The position numbers and the translations under genes are program-made. Source: a virus. Taken from it: a DNA stretch of 64,000 nucleotides. A model generated the notes under the pieces. It saw only the letters and a program-made list of their open reading frames with translations, did not search any database and was not told the DNA's origin. Where the stretch lies: positions 4,483-68,482 of the IMG/VR virus record IMGVR_UViG_3300046798_000096. One strand, given 5' to 3'. Below, piece by piece: positions 59,458-64,000 of the stretch (position 1 is the first letter of the stretch; every line of letters begins with the position of its first letter).

Positions 59458-62258
59458 TAGCGTTGAATCCTTGCGCTCGTTTTGCGCGTCAGTGTGCGCG
59501 CCAGGCGGCTGTTCGGGTCGTTCAGTGTAGCCGCTGCAGCCCTGCCAGCTTCCTTGCGCGCCACTTTCTTGGCGATGATGGCCACCTCATCAGGTCCCAT
59601 CTGGACTACCTCGTGCTCTACGCCACCATGCTGGTTGATGACAGTGACCTTCATGCCGCCACCTACAGAGCCACCCTTGCTAAGATGGTTCAGCAGCCCC
59701 AAGTTGCGGCTGGTGGTATCAGCGTCCACCACGTATTCACCACCGTGGTGGTAACCAACAATCTGAGACTTGCGACCAGGAGCATATCCGCCACTTGCTC
59801 GGCCTGTGCCAGGAAGAGCAATGTTGCCAACCGGAGTTGGAATACCGCCACCAGTGCCGCTGAGAATCGCCATGCGGATGGTGGCCTGAATCAAAGCCTG
59901 GATGACCTCGACCTCGATCGTCTGCGCCAGGTCATGCATGACCTTTTTGAAGGAGCCCCCGAACACGATGGCAGAGGCAGTCGCTCGCGAGAAGCCCTGC
60001 ACGATGGTGCCGTCTGGGCCGAAGATGCCATCCAGATCCTTCTGGAGTTGCCCGATGCCTTCCATCTCTTCCAGCCACGCCTTGCGCGCCGGCTTGATGT
60101 TGCTCTGCTGCAACTCGATCAAGTTCCTAGCTGACGCGGCCTGGTTCGGGCTCAGGTACCCGGTGCGCTCTCCCACTCGTACCTGCTGACGAGCGCGAGC
60201 CTGCTCTGCCTCAGTGCCCAACTTCGGGAACAGCTCAGGGCTGTTGACACCAACCTTGATGTCTCTCTGCAAGCGGCGCTGGTCGTTGTTGAAATCCGCA
60301 ACGAAGTCCTTCCACTCTTGACGCGCCTGCTTGATCTCAGCCCAGCGCTTCATCTCCTTCTGGAAGAACTGCTCGTTGGCCTTCTCGCGCGCTTCAGCGT
60401 ACTGGATGTTCTCCGTCAGCTGACGCACGTAGTCGCGCTCTGCCGCGGTCAAATGAACACGGATGTCTTCTTTGGTCTTGCCTGCCTTGATCTCCTTCTG
60501 CGTCAAGCTGCGCTGCAGGTGGTCCTCCACCTTCATGATCTCTACGATCTGCTCGCGCTCACGACGATTGCGGTTCAGGCCCTTCCACTGAGACTCCAGA
60601 TCTTCGACAGCTTCAGCGAACGTGGGCTGATAGGGAACCGATGGGCCGCGCTTCACCTTGCCAGGAGTATTGATGTCGTGGTCTGACTGCTTCTTCAGTC
60701 TAGCCAGCTCATCTACCCGCTTGTACTCCTCTTCCTGCGCAAGTCTCAGCTTGGCGTCTCGTGCAGTCAGGTTTTCGATCTCCACGTGCGCAGCGTTCAT
60801 CTCTTTGGTGCCGCGTCGCCGAGTGGTTCCGTCCTTGTTCTCAGTGATCTGATCAGCTCGCCTGATCACCTTAAACTCACCGTCTTGATAAACTAGACGC
60901 TTCTTTACATCCAGATAGTCAAGGATCTGCTCCTTGTAGTCATGCAGCACTACAGCAGCTGCTGCCGTGCCTGCAATAAATGCAACGAATGGGTTACCAA
61001 TTGACACAATGGTCAACAAACTACCTGCTACGACAGTGCCCATTGCTGCTAGAGCTTTTCCTGCCGTAGTGACGATGTTCATGTTCTCAGACAGATACAG
61101 CAGAGCATCAGCTAGAGACCTGCTGATGCCAGTACCTCTGTTGAACTCATCGATGGTAAAGATCATCTGCGTATGCAGATTCTCCCACGCTTGAGAGATA
61201 GTCGGGATAGTCTTGCCAAACTTCTTCTCCATGTCATCAGCAGCGGACGCAATGGAGTACGACATCACAGCTGCAGTGATCCGACCGTCCTCTCCGAGCT
61301 TCTTCAACTCAGTGCGCGGCTTTCCTGTGGCCTTGGCGATCATGTCCAGCACTGCAGGCAGCTGCTCGGCGACAGAACGGAACTCATCTGCAGACAAGCG
61401 ATTGGACGCCATCGCCTGCGACAATTGGATCAATGTAGCGTGAGCTTCCTCGCCTGTTGCACCAGACACCGCGATGGTCTGCTGCAACGTCTTAGTGATT
61501 CCAATCACCATAGACGAGGACAGGCCTAACGCTCGCGTTGCTTGATACATGCGCGCGTAACTGCGAGTCGTGAGATCAAACTCAGAGCGGGTTGCTAGTG
61601 CAACCTCACGCAGGCGACCTGTGAGGGTCGTCATCTCCCCTTCGGACTCGGTGACTTGGCGCAATCGGTTGCGCGTGTTCTCCATCGCATCGCTGAGCGT
61701 GATGAAGTCGCCCGCGAGCTCACGAACACCGAAGACACCCAGGGCGCCAGTGACTAGGCCAATGCCCTGCTTCCACTGCCCGCTAGACGTACGCTCAGCT
61801 TTCGCTGCAGCTCTGGCATCAGCGGCAGACTTGCGATCGATGGCGCGCTTGGCAGCCGCTGCTGCGCGATCGTCGGCAATCTTCGCCCGGTTTCCCGCAC
61901 GAACAAACGCTAGCTCCTCTCGGGCAGCAGCCTTGGCAGACTGCACCTTCTCTCGCGCAGCAGCCGCTGCTGCGCGAGCCTGGGCTCGCTCAGACGCGAT
62001 GATGGACTGAGCAGCAGCCTTGGCGGACTGCATGCGCGCCTGGTCGGCCATCTTCTGAGAGTTGATGGCGATGCGCGCAGCATCACGAAGGTTTGTGCCG
62101 TTCCTGCTGCCGAAGTTCGACTCCCTGAGAGCCTTGCGGAACTCAGTCGAAATCTGCTGAGCAGCTCGCGTACCTTCCTTACCAATGTCGAACAGCTCCT
62201 TCTTGAGCTGCTGAGTACCGACACCCTCGACAGAGACTTGGAGCTTGACGTCAGACAT
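59457..62258 (-). CDS. Tape measure protein
   Basis: 933 aa, Ala-rich helical; tape-measure domain SGATGEEAHATLIQLSQAMASNRLSADEFRSVAEQLP. Confidence 0.93.
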   Translation of the reverse strand: MSDVKLQVSVEGVGTQQLKKELFDIGKEGTRAAQQISTEFRKALRESNFGSRNGTNLRDAARIAINSQKMADQARMQSAKAAAQSIIASERAQARAAAAAAREKVQSAKAAAREELAFVRAGNRAKIADDRAAAAAKRAIDRKSAADARAAAKAERTSSGQWKQGIGLVTGALGVFGVRELAGDFITLSDAMENTRNRLRQVTESEGEMTTLTGRLREVALATRSEFDLTTRSYARMYQATRALGLSSSMVIGITKTLQQTIAVSGATGEEAHATLIQLSQAMASNRLSADEFRSVAEQLPAVLDMIAKATGKPRTELKKLGEDGRITAAVMSYSIASAADDMEKKFGKTIPTISQAWENLHTQMIFTIDEFNRGTGISRSLADALLYLSENMNIVTTAGKALAAMGTVVAGSLLTIVSIGNPFVAFIAGTAAAAVVLHDYKEQILDYLDVKKRLVYQDGEFKVIRRADQITENKDGTTRRRGTKEMNAAHVEIENLTARDAKLRLAQEEEYKRVDELARLKKQSDHDINTPGKVKRGPSVPYQPTFAEAVEDLESQWKGLNRNRREREQIVEIMKVEDHLQRSLTQKEIKAGKTKEDIRVHLTAAERDYVRQLTENIQYAEAREKANEQFFQKEMKRWAEIKQARQEWKDFVADFNNDQRRLQRDIKVGVNSPELFPKLGTEAEQARARQQVRVGERTGYLSPNQAASARNLIELQQSNIKPARKAWLEEMEGIGQLQKDLDGIFGPDGTIVQGFSRATASAIVFGGSFKKVMHDLAQTIEVEVIQALIQATIRMAILSGTGGGIPTPVGNIALPGTGRASGGYAPGRKSQIVGYHHGGEYVVDADTTSRNLGLLNHLSKGGSVGGGMKVTVINQHGGVEHEVVQMGPDEVAIIAKKVARKEAGRAAAATLNDPNSRLARTLTRKTSARIQR

Positions 62259-62686
62259 TACAGAACCTTGATCTTTCTAGCTTCCGTAATGGCTATCACT
62301 GATGCCGTCTCGATGAATCCTGCAGGCGCTTGTGCAGATGAACCTGCATTCAACTCAGGCAGATAGTGCAGCTTGCTCTGCAGATGGAAGTTAGGCTCCG
62401 GTGACTTCGATGCTTGAATTACCTTTCTGTTCTCTACGATTCTGTATTCGCCAGTGGTGTCGAAGGGACCCACCATCTCAGGCTCTGGGATCTGAGTATC
62501 GCCCTCAGTGACACGCAAGCTATTCCGCGCTCGGCCAGTAAGAACTGGCGTCACGCGGATCACTGTCTCCTGAACCACGTCCATGACGTGCTTGATCCCG
62601 TCAGTGAAGTTCTTCTCCACCTGCTCAGCAATGGCACGGCACTGCTGCTCGAAGTCGCCGCTGTAGCGCCCGTACCTGTTCGCCAC
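62258..62686 (-). CDS. HK97 gp10-like tail completion protein
   Basis: TPVLTGRARNS, HYLPELNAGSSAQAPAGFIE. Confidence 0.8.
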   Translation of the reverse strand: MANRYGRYSGDFEQQCRAIAEQVEKNFTDGIKHVMDVVQETVIRVTPVLTGRARNSLRVTEGDTQIPEPEMVGPFDTTGEYRIVENRKVIQASKSPEPNFHLQSKLHYLPELNAGSSAQAPAGFIETASVIAITEARKIKVL

Positions 62687-63022
62687 TCACTTCTTCTCCC
62701 GGTGCTGCAAGAACGCAGTGTCCATCGCAGACAAGTAGTACCACAAGTCGCTGAACTGCTCTCGAAGCATACCATGGGCGCAACTCCAAGCCCAGGCCGC
62801 GGACCAGAGGATCCGCCCGTCGCCCATCCCTGCGCGGTCGCCGCACAGGTCCCAGAAGGCGTTCAGGTAGACCTGCAGGTGTGGCCAGAGCTTCGGAGCC
62901 TCCTGAAGGAAGTCAGGAGGCTCCGGCATGTCAGCGTAGTTGCCCGCTGCCCAGCTCCGAGCGACTAGACGCTCATGCGATCCATGCTTCAGCTGGTAAG
63001 CAAGGACCGAGATCAGTTTTTT
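62687..63022 (-). CDS. Tail assembly chaperone, -1 frameshift extension (gpGT-like)
   Basis: The -1 frame is open from the slippery site into PEPPDFL...FWDL..DR..G.G.I.W. Confidence 0.8.
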   Translation of the reverse strand, partial: KKLISVLAYQLKHGSHERLVARSWAAGNYADMPEPPDFLQEAPKLWPHLQVYLNAFWDLCGDRAGMGDGRILWSAAWAWSCAHGMLREQFSDLWYYLSAMDTAFLQHREKK

Positions 63023-63474
63023 GCTGCTGCCTCGCGGCCACTGGCGAGGTAGGTCTCCAGCGACTGCGCCTTGTCCCGGATCTTCAGGAAGAAGTCGTGA
63101 CGGTTGCCCTGCAGCAGCGCCACGATGTTGTCCGGCGTCGCCGGCATCACCTTGCCATCTTCGTCCGTGCCGAGACCGTCCACAAGCAACAGCGTCTCCG
63201 GATCACGGAAGCGCCAGCGCTTGATCACGTGCTCTGCGTACACGCGATACGTCAGCTCGCGCGCCTTGGCCTCCGGCATCTCGCCGAGATCCATCACCTG
63301 GTTGTAGGGTGCGAAAGCCGCGGTCAGGGCGTTGTGGTACTCCTCGTTCGACACGCCCGCTCGCGCGAGCGTGAGGACGCAGACGCCGAAGTCGACGTCT
63401 ACGCCCTTGGACTCCTTGACGGGATCCGTTTCGTACTTGGAGTACAGGTCTCGGACAGTGGCTTTCTTGGTCAT
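63013..63474 (-). CDS. Tail assembly chaperone (gpG-like)
   Basis: Y..Y.TD...E..GV...G...LARAG..N..Y; ends AAKN*. Confidence 0.85.
   Translation of the reverse strand: MTKKATVRDLYSKYETDPVKESKGVDVDFGVCVLTLARAGVSNEEYHNALTAAFAPYNQVMDLGEMPEAKARELTYRVYAEHVIKRWRFRDPETLLLVDGLGTDEDGKVMPATPDNIVALLQGNRHDFFLKIRDKAQSLETYLASGREAAAKN
63016..63022 (-). promoter_or_regulatory. -1 ribosomal frameshift heptamer A AAA AAC
   Basis: GCA AAA AAC TGA at the chaperone 3' end; canonical siphophage G/GT arrangement. Confidence 0.8.
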
Positions 63475-63502
63475 GTCTCTGGTCTCTCTGTTGGTGTGAG
63501 TA

Positions 63503-64000
63503 TCAGGTGAGGGTGCTGGCGATGGCCGGCACGAAGTCGAAGAAGCACATCATCAGCGTGTGGTCCAGGCCTGCGTCGACCTGCTCGCCGCTGTTCGCTT
63601 CCCCGGAGAGGGGCAGCGAGATGGGCTCATCCTTGGTGACCTTCGCACGAGCGTCGCCTAGCGTCAACAGCGGCATATCGGCAACGAACGCACTGTTGGT
63701 CGTGGACGAGCTGCTGACCACCTGGATGATGTCCAGCGTGACGTCTGCGTTGTTACGCGCAGCTTGCTGAGCAGCGACCGTGAGGAACAGCACCTCCAGG
63801 TCAGCAGTGACCTTGAAGTCACCAGCGACCAACTCGAAGTGACCGAAGGTGCCGATGACATCGATACCCTTGACACCGTTGTTGATGGCCAGCTTCAGCG
63901 AGAGCACCTCACCAGCCAGCGACGCGGGGGCGACGTTGTTCTGGCTCACCGACGCCAAGCGGATGCGCTTGACGCTGGAGCTGGTGTTGTACGCCGGCAG
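63503..64000 (-). CDS. Major tail (tube) protein, C-terminal part (5' end outside the window)
   Basis: Frame open to the window edge; G.F.V.ADLEV.F....A..A.RNNADVTLD motif; precedes the tail chaperones. Confidence 0.85.
   Translation of the reverse strand: MPAYNTSSSVKRIRLASVSQNNVAPASLAGEVLSLKLAINNGVKGIDVIGTFGHFELVAGDFKVTADLEVLFLTVAAQQAARNNADVTLDIIQVVSSSSTTNSAFVADMPLLTLGDARAKVTKDEPISLPLSGEANSGEQVDAGLDHTLMMCFFDFVPAIASTLT

Noticed and set aside
1-64000. Integrase/lysogeny module, diversity-generating retroelement, retron, recoded stop codons
   Set aside because: No tyrosine/serine recombinase or reverse-transcriptase motifs were seen, and conserved genes translate uninterrupted with the standard code.

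Overview
The window holds most of the genome of a GC-rich (about 60% by eye) tailed dsDNA phage with a long non-contractile tail. It is circularly permuted: the left edge cuts a large fibre-like gene and the right edge cuts the major tail gene, so only the head-tail joining genes appear to be missing. Almost all genes are on the minus strand. Layout: head/packaging module (1-11.7 kb: fibre, capsid, scaffold, DUF4055 portal, TerL, an HslV/Ntn-like protease, TerS); an early/accessory region of small genes driven by a phage-specific promoter family TTGAC[G/A/C]CTA-17 bp-(C/T)AnnnT, many of them apparently leaderless (11.9-26.6 kb); two plus-strand lipoproteins, one a metzincin and one a catalytically dead paralogue (26.6-28.6 kb); a displaced virion-decoration cassette with 21-aa repeats (28.6-33.6 kb); nucleotide metabolism and replication (ThyA, MazG-like, primase-VapE helicase, Nmad5, kinase, resolvase, HNH, PolA, DUF3310, 2H phosphoesterase, RecD-like helicase, SSB, Dam-like methylase, SNF2 helicase; 33.6-53.1 kb); lysis (53.4-54.4 kb); tail (54.4-64 kb). 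The gene content resembles YuA/M6/PA73-like siphophages, but without the base-hypermodification enzymes. Lipoprotein style and a stand-alone Fis/NtrC-type HTH suggest a myxobacterial host (inference). No integrase, tRNA, CRISPR array or reverse transcriptase was seen. The strongest unexplained signals are a ~600-nt, highly base-paired, GNRA-rich non-coding element at 20.39-20.99 kb, two miniature paralogues of the terminase ATPase domain in the replication region, and the active/dead lipoprotein metalloprotease pair. All family calls come from motif recognition by eye, not database searches.
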